Positions 54,558 through 63,420 of a DNA stretch of 64,000 nucleotides are shown here, piece by piece. The notes beneath the pieces were generated by a model. That model had not been told where the DNA came from, made no database searches, and worked only from the letters and a program-made list of their open reading frames with translations. The position numbers and the translations under genes were made by a program. Source of the DNA: a virus; the IMG/VR virus record IMGVR_UViG_3300005573_001166, positions 95,387-159,386 of that record; one strand, 5' to 3'. Numbering within the stretch: the first letter of the stretch is position 1; the number at the start of each line of letters is the position of its first letter.

Positions 54558-57380
54558 ATGCTCGCTTTAAGTGTTGTAGGTACTATCAGGGGTTCTAGTA
54601 ACTATCTTTCTGGCGCTTATGGACTTACTGTGCAAGAAATAGGTGGTAGAGAGTATGTTTTAGTTACTGGCTTTTCTTGTAATAGTCTTGCTATTATAGA
54701 TGTTTCCAATCCCTCTGCTCCCACCTTGTCTGGCTATATATTGGGTTCATCTGGTTATATACCAGGTAGCGGTTCTCCTATGTATTTAGAGAACCCTGTT
54801 AGTGTAAAATGTTTTACATCTGGTTCTAATGTTTATGCAGTTGTTACATCTTATACAAACGGTAGGCTTACTATAGTAGATGTCTCTGATCCTACAGATC
54901 CAAGTATTGTAAGTAGTATTACTAGCCCCGATCCTCCGAATTATTTAGACGGGGCGTATGGATTAGCTATACAGGAAATAGGTGGTACAAGGTATTGTTT
55001 TGTAACTTCTGTTTTAAACGACTCTTTTGCTATTTTTAACATACAAGATCCAGAATCGCCTACTGTTGTTTCTTACGTAGAAGGAGAGGGCAGCCCTAAT
55101 TATTTAGGGGGAGCGCATGATATAGCTGTAACTCAAATCTCTGGTACTTGGTATGTATTTGTAATTTCTCAGAGAGACAACAGTTTATCTGTATTTAACA
55201 TAAACAATATTAATTCCCCTTCTTTAGTTACTGTCGTTAGAGGCAGCGGAAGTCCTAATTATTTAGGAGGAGCGCACACCCTTTCTATTTCAGGTAACTT
55301 TTTATACATTACAGCAAGTGCAGACAATAGTTTATCTATATTTAACATAAGCAATCCTAGCTCCCCTAGTAGGGTAGGCGGGGCACGTGGAATTGGGTAT
55401 CCTAACTATTTATATGGCGTTTTTGGTAATACTGTGGCGACTTGGGATAAAAAGTATGTTATAACTGCAGGTTTTATAGAAGATACTTTAACGGTTTTTG
55501 ATGCATCTACTCCGAGTAACATTCAAGCATCTACTTATATAGCAGGAGGTGGATATCCTTTTTATTTAGGGGGAGTTCACTCAGTTACTACCAGCGGAGG
55601 ATATGTATACTGCACCTCTTATGAGGATGATGCTTTAGTTATTCTCGGGACTACTATATTTAGCTCTTCTTCTAGCAGTAGTTCCTCAACAAGTTCTTCA
55701 AGCAGTAGTTCTAGTAGTAGTAGTTCTTCTACAAGCTTTAGTTCTAGCTCCAGTTCTTCCAGCAGTTCCTCAACAAGCTTTAGTTCTAGTTCCAGCAGCA
55801 GTTCCTCAACAAGCTTTAGTTCCAGTTCCAGCAGCAGTTCCTCAACAAGCTTTAGTTCTAGTTCCAGCAGCAGTTCCTCAACAAGCTTTAGTTCTAGTTC
55901 CAGCAGCAGTTCTTCTACAAGCTTTAGTTCTAGTAGCAGCAGTAGTTCTTCTTCTAGTAGTTCTTATAGTTTCACACCGTCAGAGAATACCGTGTATATA
56001 GCAGACACATATAATTATAGGGTACAAAAGTTTGATGAGTTTGGGAATTTCTTATTAGAGTGGGGAGAATACGGAATAGGTAACGGGCAGTTTAATAGGC
56101 CTTTAGGGATTGCAGTCGATTATGATGGTTATGTTTATGTTGCAGATACTTATAATAATAGGATGCAAAAGTTTGATAGTGACGGTAACTTTATCCTAAA
56201 ATGGGGTACAGGTGGTACAGATGATGGACAGTTTAATTTACCTAGAGGAGTTGCTGTTGATAGGGATAATAATGTCTATGTATGTGATGTAGGCAATTAT
56301 AGGGTACAAAAGTTTTCTAATACGGGTACCTTCCTGATGAAATTCGGTAGTTTTGGTACAGATAATGGTCAATTTCAATTGCCTGTAGGTATCGTAGTAG
56401 AGTATTATTCAGGTAATATATTCGTTGCAGATGGTGTAAATTGTAATATACAAGTATTCGATGATCAAGGTAATTATTTATATAAGTGGGGATCTATAGG
56501 AGATGGAGTAGGTCAGTTTAGAAGTATAAACGGTATACACATGAATATACATGGTGAAGTTTATGTATGTGATTACGGCATGCATGACATGATCCAAGTA
56601 TTCGATTTGCAAGGTAATTTTATACGAAGATGGGGTTCAGGTGGTACAGGTAATGGACAGTTTGCTTCCGTCTTTGATGTTACTGTAGATAATGACGGTA
56701 GAGTTTATACCGTTGAAGTAGGTAATAATAGGGTTCAAAAATTTGATCTTGTAGGTAATTTCTTGCGTAAGTGGGGAGCTTTCGGTAGTGATCCAGGATA
56801 TTTTAAATACCCCTTTGCGATTGATGTATATCCTACAAGACCTGGTTCTTCTGCATCTAGCTCTAGTTCCTCTAGTTCATCCTCTAGTAGCTCTAGTTCC
56901 TCTAGTTCCAGTTCCTCTAGTTCATCCTCTAGTAGATATCCAGGATATGTATATGTAGTAGATATGGAAAACCATAGAGTACAAGTTTTCGGTTTGGGGG
57001 GCGATTTTATCTTTCAGTGGGGCACTTTCGGAATTGGGAATGGACAGTTTAAGTTTCCTACAGATCTTGCTATTGATTCTCAGGGATATGTGTATGTATG
57101 TGATACAGGTAATGATAGAATACAGAAATTTGACGGAGACGGAAACTTTATCCTAAAATGGGGGTCAGAAGGGTTGAATACAGGTCAATTTAATGGGCCT
57201 ACAGGTATTAGCATAGATGCTGAAGATTATGTATATGTAGTAGATACTTTTGGCCATAGAGTACAGGTTTTTGACTCTAATGGTAACTTTATCAGGCAAT
57301 GGGGAGATCCAGGTACTGCAGGTAAAGGCAAGTATCTATTTAACGCTCCCGATGGAGTTTTTGCTAGACGTAAGAAGTAG
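54558..57380 (+). CDS. LVIVD propeller - poly-Ser stalk - NHL propeller protein
   Basis: Repeats LAIIDVSNPSAPT / LTIVDVSDPTDP / YLGGAH; Ser tract of about 105 aa; nine NHL repeats split by a second Ser tract. Confidence 0.88.
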   Translation: MLALSVVGTIRGSSNYLSGAYGLTVQEIGGREYVLVTGFSCNSLAIIDVSNPSAPTLSGYILGSSGYIPGSGSPMYLENPVSVKCFTSGSNVYAVVTSYTNGRLTIVDVSDPTDPSIVSSITSPDPPNYLDGAYGLAIQEIGGTRYCFVTSVLNDSFAIFNIQDPESPTVVSYVEGEGSPNYLGGAHDIAVTQISGTWYVFVISQRDNSLSVFNINNINSPSLVTVVRGSGSPNYLGGAHTLSISGNFLYITASADNSLSIFNISNPSSPSRVGGARGIGYPNYLYGVFGNTVATWDKKYVITAGFIEDTLTVFDASTPSNIQASTYIAGGGYPFYLGGVHSVTTSGGYVYCTSYEDDALVILGTTIFSSSSSSSSSTSSSSSSSSSSSSSTSFSSSSSSSSSSSTSFSSSSSSSSSTSFSSSSSSSSSTSFSSSSSSSSSTSFSSSSSSSSSTSFSSSSSSSSSSSSSYSFTPSENTVYIADTYNYRVQKFDEFGNFLLEWGEYGIGNGQFNRPLGIAVDYDGYVYVADTYNNRMQKFDSDGNFILKWGTGGTDDGQFNLPRGVAVDRDNNVYVCDVGNYRVQKFSNTGTFLMKFGSFGTDNGQFQLPVGIVVEYYSGNIFVADGVNCNIQVFDDQGNYLYKWGSIGDGVGQFRSINGIHMNIHGEVYVCDYGMHDMIQVFDLQGNFIRRWGSGGTGNGQFASVFDVTVDNDGRVYTVEVGNNRVQKFDLVGNFLRKWGAFGSDPGYFKYPFAIDVYPTRPGSSASSSSSSSSSSSSSSSSSSSSSSSSSSRYPGYVYVVDMENHRVQVFGLGGDFIFQWGTFGIGNGQFKFPTDLAIDSQGYVYVCDTGNDRIQKFDGDGNFILKWGSEGLNTGQFNGPTGISIDAEDYVYVVDTFGHRVQVFDSNGNFIRQWGDPGTAGKGKYLFNAPDGVFARRKK

Positions 57381-57392
57381 GGGTGACTAAAT

Positions 57393-57824
57393 ATGGAGAA
57401 GCGTGTATATATAGTAGATCAATATAATCATAGAGTGCAGGTTTTTGATGCAGAAGGTAACTTTCTCTTTCAATGGGGATCGTTTGGTACGGGTAATGGG
57501 CAGTTTGAGTTTCCTACTGATATAGCTGTAAACCCTCATGGCGATGTGTTTGTATGTGACACAGAAAACGACAGAATACAGAAGTTTGATGGTGATGGTA
57601 ATTTCCTTCTTAAATGGGGGTCGTATTCAGAAACAGAACCGGGCAAATTTAATTCTCCTAGAGGCATCTCTTGTGACGATTCTTATGTTTATGTTAGCGA
57701 TACTATGAACCACCGTATTCAGAAATTCGATTTTAACGGTAATTATGTAAGTTGTTGGGGAGCAATGGGAACTGAACAAGGTAAATTTAACAGTCCTCAA
57801 GGTAGTACAACAAAGGAGGATTAA
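57393..57824 (+). CDS. Stand-alone three-blade NHL repeat protein
   Basis: Three NHL repeats similar to the C-terminal blocks of 41149 and 54558. Confidence 0.85.
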   Translation: MEKRVYIVDQYNHRVQVFDAEGNFLFQWGSFGTGNGQFEFPTDIAVNPHGDVFVCDTENDRIQKFDGDGNFLLKWGSYSETEPGKFNSPRGISCDDSYVYVSDTMNHRIQKFDFNGNYVSCWGAMGTEQGKFNSPQGSTTKED

Positions 57825-57827
57825 AAA

Positions 57828-58292
57828 ATGCCTGATTTACCGCCTATTACACGTAGACAATATAGTTACACCTTCTACCCTATACCCGATTGGTTCTATT
57901 GGGGCCCTAGAGTTATAGCAAAATATGATCTTAGGTCTGGGGATGTTTCTACTCCGGATAACTCTTGGACCGATTGGGAGGAAGCGACTCATAACAACGT
58001 ATTTGAAGGTACTTTGCATAGATATGTACAACACAGATTTTATGTTTGGATACCTCAAGATGTTAGAGTTAGTAGGCAAGAAGCTGTCCAGTTTATGTAT
58101 AAACATTTTGTTCTTAAGTGGTGGGGTAATAGGTTTAGATACCAGTATACGTTACATTCTACCTATTATATAGTGGGATCTGAAATGTATCAAGGGTATA
58201 CGTACGCCGGGGAAGGATTGTATCAATTTGCAAACTGGAATGCAACTACTCCTACTTTAGGAGACGAGTTGCCTGTTTTTGAAGTAGTATGA
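57828..58292 (+). CDS. Hypothetical baseplate/tail protein
   Basis: RBS AAGGAGG; aromatic-rich, with Y.LRSG...PD.SW..W...RYVQ.R. Confidence 0.5.
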   Translation: MPDLPPITRRQYSYTFYPIPDWFYWGPRVIAKYDLRSGDVSTPDNSWTDWEEATHNNVFEGTLHRYVQHRFYVWIPQDVRVSRQEAVQFMYKHFVLKWWGNRFRYQYTLHSTYYIVGSEMYQGYTYAGEGLYQFANWNATTPTLGDELPVFEVV

Positions 58293-58305
58293 GGAGATTG
58301 CTTTT

Positions 58306-59457
58306 TTGAGGTTAGGTATTGTTTGCAGTATGGTTGGTTTGACCGGTTATGCCGAATTGGGCAGGGAATGTGTTCTAGGTTTGCATAAGTTAGGTGTAGA
58401 TATAGAGCTTAAGGTGTTAGATAAAGATCTTTTAAAATACTCTCTTTTGCCTGAGAACATATTAAAGTTTGTTAAAAAGCATACCGTTAAGAATTTTACT
58501 AAAGGTATACCTGTATTTACTATAGGCCCTCCCACTCAATACGATAGGTCTTCAGGGGGAAAGCAGATAGGTATAGCTTTATGGGAAGCATATGTTTTGC
58601 CTACTTCTTGGTTACTTGTTATGAATTCTGCAGATTTATTGATAACGTTTTCTGATTTTAATAAAGAGTTATTTGTAAGACAAGGGCTGGCTAGGGATAA
58701 AATAGAGGTAGTCCCTCCAGCTGTAGACTGCGTCAAATTTAATCCTAGTATACCCCCTCTTTATATACAAGCAGTAAGACCGTTTACTGTTTTATTTATA
58801 GGCCAGATGATTTTGCGTAAGGGGTATAATAAACTGATAATAGCTGCCTTGAGAACGTTTAAGAAACACGAGGATGTTTGTGTTATTCTTAAGCTTCCTC
58901 CTTCAAGTGCAAGGGACACTGCGCTTATTATGGAAAAACTTCAATTTATAAAAAGGGAAGCTGGTCCTAGCAAAGCTGCTTTGTACTTTAATAACTCTGC
59001 AGTACCGATAGAGAAAATTCCTATGTTATATCAAATTGTTAACAAAAAAGTAATAGATAAGTTGTATCCCTACCTTCCAGGAAGCTTGAGTCCTGCAGGA
59101 GTTTTCTGTTTACCTAGTTTAGGAGAAGGAATAGGTTTACCTTATCTAGAAGCAATGGCCTCTGGTGTATTAACTATAGGAACAAATGTTACAGGAAGTT
59201 ATTTTCTAAATAATAATAACTCTATTTTAATACAAACAGAAGGTGTTAAAAGAAGTGAAGCAGATCAATCTTTGTATGGTAATTCCTTTTTCCCCGGAAT
59301 TAGCAGCTCTGCAGTGTCAGAAGCACTTCTGAAAGCGTATAATATATCTTCTGTAGATAAACAAGCTATTATTAAGCAAGCTAGGTTGGATGCAGAGGGT
59401 TTTACATATGAGAAAACTTGCAAGGCTATTCTTGCTGCAATACAACAACGGATATAA
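58306..59457 (+). CDS. GT4 glycosyltransferase within the tail module
   Basis: TGYA...R, IALWE...P..W, RKGY..LI.A, FCLPSLGEGIGLPYLEAMASG. Confidence 0.9.
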   Translation: MRLGIVCSMVGLTGYAELGRECVLGLHKLGVDIELKVLDKDLLKYSLLPENILKFVKKHTVKNFTKGIPVFTIGPPTQYDRSSGGKQIGIALWEAYVLPTSWLLVMNSADLLITFSDFNKELFVRQGLARDKIEVVPPAVDCVKFNPSIPPLYIQAVRPFTVLFIGQMILRKGYNKLIIAALRTFKKHEDVCVILKLPPSSARDTALIMEKLQFIKREAGPSKAALYFNNSAVPIEKIPMLYQIVNKKVIDKLYPYLPGSLSPAGVFCLPSLGEGIGLPYLEAMASGVLTIGTNVTGSYFLNNNNSILIQTEGVKRSEADQSLYGNSFFPGISSSAVSEALLKAYNISSVDKQAIIKQARLDAEGFTYEKTCKAILAAIQQRI

Positions 59458-59472
59458 GGAGATGAGAATAAG

Positions 59473-61493
59473 TGAAAGGTGCTAGGTATTCACATGGAAT
59501 GATTGTTACTTCCGATGATCTTAATTTTACAGAGTCTAGTAAATCGGCTGCTATCTCCCAGTTAGGAGATAACTTACTGGAAGATCAAACTGTTACTCAG
59601 GGAGGGGCCAGCATAACAACTAAAGGAATTATTAGAGGTTCTGGAGAAACTCCCTCCTTTGAAGATCAGCCCCTTAAAGTATACATTACAGGAGGTACTA
59701 CGGTAAATATTTATAGCGGCACTGCATATAGCTGTTCAGAGGGGAAGGTTTATAGAATTTGGGTTCCTAATTCCCCCACAGATGTTCCTAAGACAGATTC
59801 TGCTGCTATTACAAATCACGACAATATTGATGCTATAACAGAAGTACAGTCTAGAGATTTCTTTACTAGTGCTCGGCCGTCTCGTACTGATATAAAGACT
59901 TTTACTACTTCTGATGCATCAGGTACTTGGTATGTCTGTATTAGGTATGCAGAAGGAACGTATGATCCTATAGTGATACCTAATGACGGGAGTATAGTAG
60001 ATTCTAAGACATATGAAAGTTATGTAATTAGTGTTTCAAGGAGCCATGCAGCAGCATTATCTGCGGAAGATGGATACAACTGGATACCTTTAGCTACTTT
60101 GAATTGGGATGGCAGTACTTTATCTATTGAAAGCGATGATAGAGTATATGCGTCTTGTACTACTACAACACAAGATAAATTGATTGTAGATCATCAGAAT
60201 ATAATGCATGAAAACTGTATTATTTCTACCGATCATACCGTTTTAAGTCTTACTGTAGATAATACATTGCATCGGATCTATTTTAGTCCTCCCTCTTTTT
60301 CCGGGGATTCAGGCTTGCTAATTAACGGCTATTTTGTACAAAATATAGCAAACAACTCCGTTTCCTTTGATCCTACTATGTCTTCTGGTTTATACTACCT
60401 GTATATAGATGTAAATGGTGTCTTTAGAGCGACTACTAACTATACTGTAGCTAACAATGGATGCCTTTTAGGTTCCTGTTATTATAGTAGTACTTCCAAC
60501 CTTATAACTATGTATTCCGGTACTACTGCAGAAATGGTTAGGGATAGGAGACAGTTTGGTTCTATTGGAAAGTATCAGTTAGCATCCGACATATTGGGTG
60601 AGGATTACTCTGCTTTTGATGACTTAAAAATAAAGGATCTGAGTGATGAGCTTATATCTCATAGAGATAACAGTCATGGCAATGGTTTATATTTGGGAGG
60701 AGGCTCTGCTCCTTATCCTGCAGGGTCAGGTTCTTTGGCAGCTAATATTTCAGGTACCCGTGTACTTGTTACAGGTATAGCTTCTACAGATAAACTCTAT
60801 TTAGATGGTTGGGAGTGTACTCAAACATGGGGGAATAGTTATGTAGATTTTACGGGCTATGGGACAGATACGTATATTGTGTATGCTGTTAGAAGTTCTT
60901 TAGCTCCAAATCCCCGATATATAGAACTAAAGATATGTTCTAGATCTACAAGTATATCAGATAACTGGTATCCTATATGTAAAGTTACTTGGAACGGAGT
61001 TTCTTTGTCTAATTTGATAGATTTGCGTGTGTATAATACTATAGGGTATAATCATATTCAGAAAAACAGAAACGCATATGGCAGGAATTCTTTACCCCAA
61101 CTTTTAACTTGCATGTGGGGAGTAACTCCAAAAATCAATGCAGAGTCAAGTTCCGATTATATATATCTTTCATCCGATTGGTCGGGCACTCATTCGGCTA
61201 CTAACTATGCAGGAGGGGGAACGAGTTCCGGAAGTAGAGTATTTGCTACAACACCTATGATTATGGTATATCGTGTAGGTACTTTAGTAGTAACCGATAA
61301 TAGAGGTTGGGGAGGTGCCGGCAGTGGAGAGACGTTAGGGTATTATGTGAATTTTGTCTCCGAGACGTCTTTTAAGATATACAATCTAGATGATGATGCT
61401 TATGCTTTTTATTGGATTGCTATAGGGCCCAGTTATGAGGACACAATTACTAATATACTTATGGGCGGAGACAATCCGCATTATTATTGGTAA
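59473..61493 (+). CDS. Baseplate-attached tail/fibre protein
   Basis: N-terminal YSHGMIVTSDDLN..E; repeated ...DRR/DLR/DDR modules; C-terminal F.TTP.I....SFKIY...FYWIAIG fibre-tip-like domain. The track gives 59472. Confidence 0.6.
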
Positions 61494-61509
61494 ATAAGGA
61501 GGTAATTTA

Positions 61510-62040
61510 ATGAAGTCAATTTTGATCGATGCAGGTCATGGGGGAAAAGATCCAGGTGCCGTTTATAAGAAGAGGGTAGAAAAGGTTTTTAATTTAGATA
61601 ATGCTCTTACTTTAGGGGGTATGTTATCTAAAATAGATCCTAACGTTTCTGTTAAATATATAAGGACAGATGATACTTTTGTGCCTTTAAGTACTAGAGT
61701 TTCTATTGCTAATAAATCTGATGCTATTTTTGTTTCTTTGCATTGTAATTCCTGTTATACAGCTGGTTCGGCAAGCGGCTTTGAAGTGTGTTTTTCTGAT
61801 AAAAGGAAGTTAGGCTTCCCTATAGCACAGAAATTAGTAGAGCAAGTAGCCCCTATTTTTCCTCTGCATGGAACCGGGATACTACCGCGCCCTGACTTAT
61901 ACGTGTTAAAGTTGATAAGTAAACCAGCAGTTTTACTCGAGATGTTCTTCCTGAATAATGAGAAGGATGTAGAACTTTTCCAACAAGTTAAGGGCGAGCT
62001 TTTCCGAGTTATAGCAGAAACTATATACTCCTTCTGCTAA
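61510..62040 (+). CDS. N-acetylmuramoyl-L-alanine amidase (Amidase_3) endolysin
   Basis: ILIDAGHGGKDPGA, EK, R..D.FV.L..R..IAN, FVSLHCN, GFEV, LYVL....PAVLLE. Confidence 0.93.
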   Translation: MKSILIDAGHGGKDPGAVYKKRVEKVFNLDNALTLGGMLSKIDPNVSVKYIRTDDTFVPLSTRVSIANKSDAIFVSLHCNSCYTAGSASGFEVCFSDKRKLGFPIAQKLVEQVAPIFPLHGTGILPRPDLYVLKLISKPAVLLEMFFLNNEKDVELFQQVKGELFRVIAETIYSFC

Positions 62041-62094
62041 AAACTTTCAGGCTTTTAAGTTATCTGCTTTTGCTCTAATACTTTCCTATAATTG

Positions 62095-62230
62095 ACGGCC
62101 TATTCCCCCAAATTCCCGACTTTCTATAACCAGGATATGTAATTACATATAAAATTTATAAAAGGCCTTTATAGGGGGGAATAGGCCGGTTTAAAGGGAG
62201 ATTAAAAAGAGATCCTCACTCCCTTTTAAA
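62095..62230. repeat. Dispersed palindromic intergenic element, copy C
   Basis: GGCCTATTCCCCC (62097) ... ATATGTAATTACATAT centre ... GGCCTTTATAGGGGGGAATAGGCC (62164-62187). Confidence 0.8.
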
Positions 62231-62248
62231 TATAAAATTTTTAGCACT

Positions 62249-62509
62249 GTGGAAGTTGCAGGGCAAGTTCTTTTTGTAGGAGGTAGAGAAAAGTTGGACA
62301 GGTTGAATATATTATATGATAGGTTTATAGATGTATATGGAGATGATGTGGCAGGTGTTAAAGATCTTTTAGGAGAGATATTGTTCTTCTATGAAGATGC
62401 TTCAGATGATGAGATCTTGGAATATATTGTAAATTGTGTAGAAGAGAATGGGGAAGAAATAGAAGATATAGATCAACTTGTTTCCTTGTTCTCGGATATA
62501 AAAAGTTAA
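62249..62509 (+). CDS. Small acidic hypothetical protein
   Basis: D/E-rich, 86 aa; start uncertain. Confidence 0.45.
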   Translation: MEVAGQVLFVGGREKLDRLNILYDRFIDVYGDDVAGVKDLLGEILFFYEDASDDEILEYIVNCVEENGEEIEDIDQLVSLFSDIKS

Positions 62510-62536
62510 ACTTTTTTATATAGGAGTGAGCTGATA

Positions 62537-62929
62537 ATGTCGGTAAGGGTAACTAGTTTAAGTAGTGAGGTGAGTCTTTATACTGAGCGGTATTCTGATT
62601 GTAAGAAACTTGCATGGAGTTGGACGTCAGATGCAAGCGGCTCTTATGCAGAGAAAACTACCCTCGAAGGTCAAGATTATACAATAGTAGGAGTAATAGA
62701 GTTAATTAGTATTATTCCAGATCAAACCTCTCCTCCTACTAATGGGTATAATGTAGAAATTTCTACAGATAGTGGCATAGATGTACTTAGAGGCTATGGC
62801 TCTAATATGCCTAATAACGATACAATGGTTTTTTATAATATTAATATGCCTGTGTTGTCTCCGTTGACTTTAACTGTATCAGGTGCTGGTAATACTACAA
62901 AAGGTTCAGTAGAAGTATATTATAGGTGA
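62537..62929 (+). CDS. Hypothetical beta-rich virion protein
   Basis: RBS AGGAG; W.SDASG, P.NGY.V, LTLTVSGAG....G.V.VY. Confidence 0.55.
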   Translation: MSVRVTSLSSEVSLYTERYSDCKKLAWSWTSDASGSYAEKTTLEGQDYTIVGVIELISIIPDQTSPPTNGYNVEISTDSGIDVLRGYGSNMPNNDTMVFYNINMPVLSPLTLTVSGAGNTTKGSVEVYYR

Positions 62930-62940
62930 GGTGGGTAAGT

Positions 62941-63366
62941 ATGCCAATTTATGTGGATGCAGGATTGTTGTTTCCAAGTAATGTAGCTAGTAATTCAGCA
63001 AGAGGTATTGCATTTAGTGCTACTGCTTATGAGAATCTGTTCTTCGGGGATGTATGTATAATAACGAGTAACGGTGTAGCTAAAGCAGATGCAGATAGTA
63101 CTGATACTGCTGATGTATTAGGGATAGCTCTACATGATGCTGCTGCAGATGAGAATGTAAATCTGTTAGTATGGGGAATGATAGATTTGAGCTCCTTGTC
63201 CCCTAGCTTTACTGTTGGCGGTAAGGTTTATTTATCAACTACTGCAGGGGCCATAACGCAGACTGCTCCATCTGGAGCTCTTGATGCTATTGTAGTTTTA
63301 GGTATTGCGTTATCTGCTAATTTGTTACTGTTTAACCCTTCATTGGTAGTTATAGAACATGTGTAG
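62941..63366 (+). CDS. Capsid decoration/cement-like protein
   Basis: A.ENL.FGDV, KADAD, LGIA, G.VYLSTTAGAITQTAP, LG.A. The track start is 62926. Confidence 0.55.
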   Translation: MPIYVDAGLLFPSNVASNSARGIAFSATAYENLFFGDVCIITSNGVAKADADSTDTADVLGIALHDAAADENVNLLVWGMIDLSSLSPSFTVGGKVYLSTTAGAITQTAPSGALDAIVVLGIALSANLLLFNPSLVVIEHV

Positions 63367-63420
63367 AATTCAGTAGTTTTAACTGTAAAGCTGTTGGGGA
63401 AGCTGGTTAAGGAGACTAAA

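Larger units (their letters stand above)
41563..57200 (+). repeat. Duplicated NHL module of about 1.2 kb (about 41563-42730 and 55998-57200)
   Basis: Long identical nucleotide runs, e.g. TTTAATAGGCCTTTAGGGATTGCAGTCGATTATGATGGTTATGTTTATGTTGCAGATAC in both copies. Confidence 0.9.

Noticed and set aside
8996-57380. Archaeal (methanogen) virus, suggested by PAS/GAF, NHL and LVIVD domains
   Set aside because: The Amidase_3 endolysin, SH3b-like insert and heptose pathway point to a peptidoglycan-containing bacterial host.
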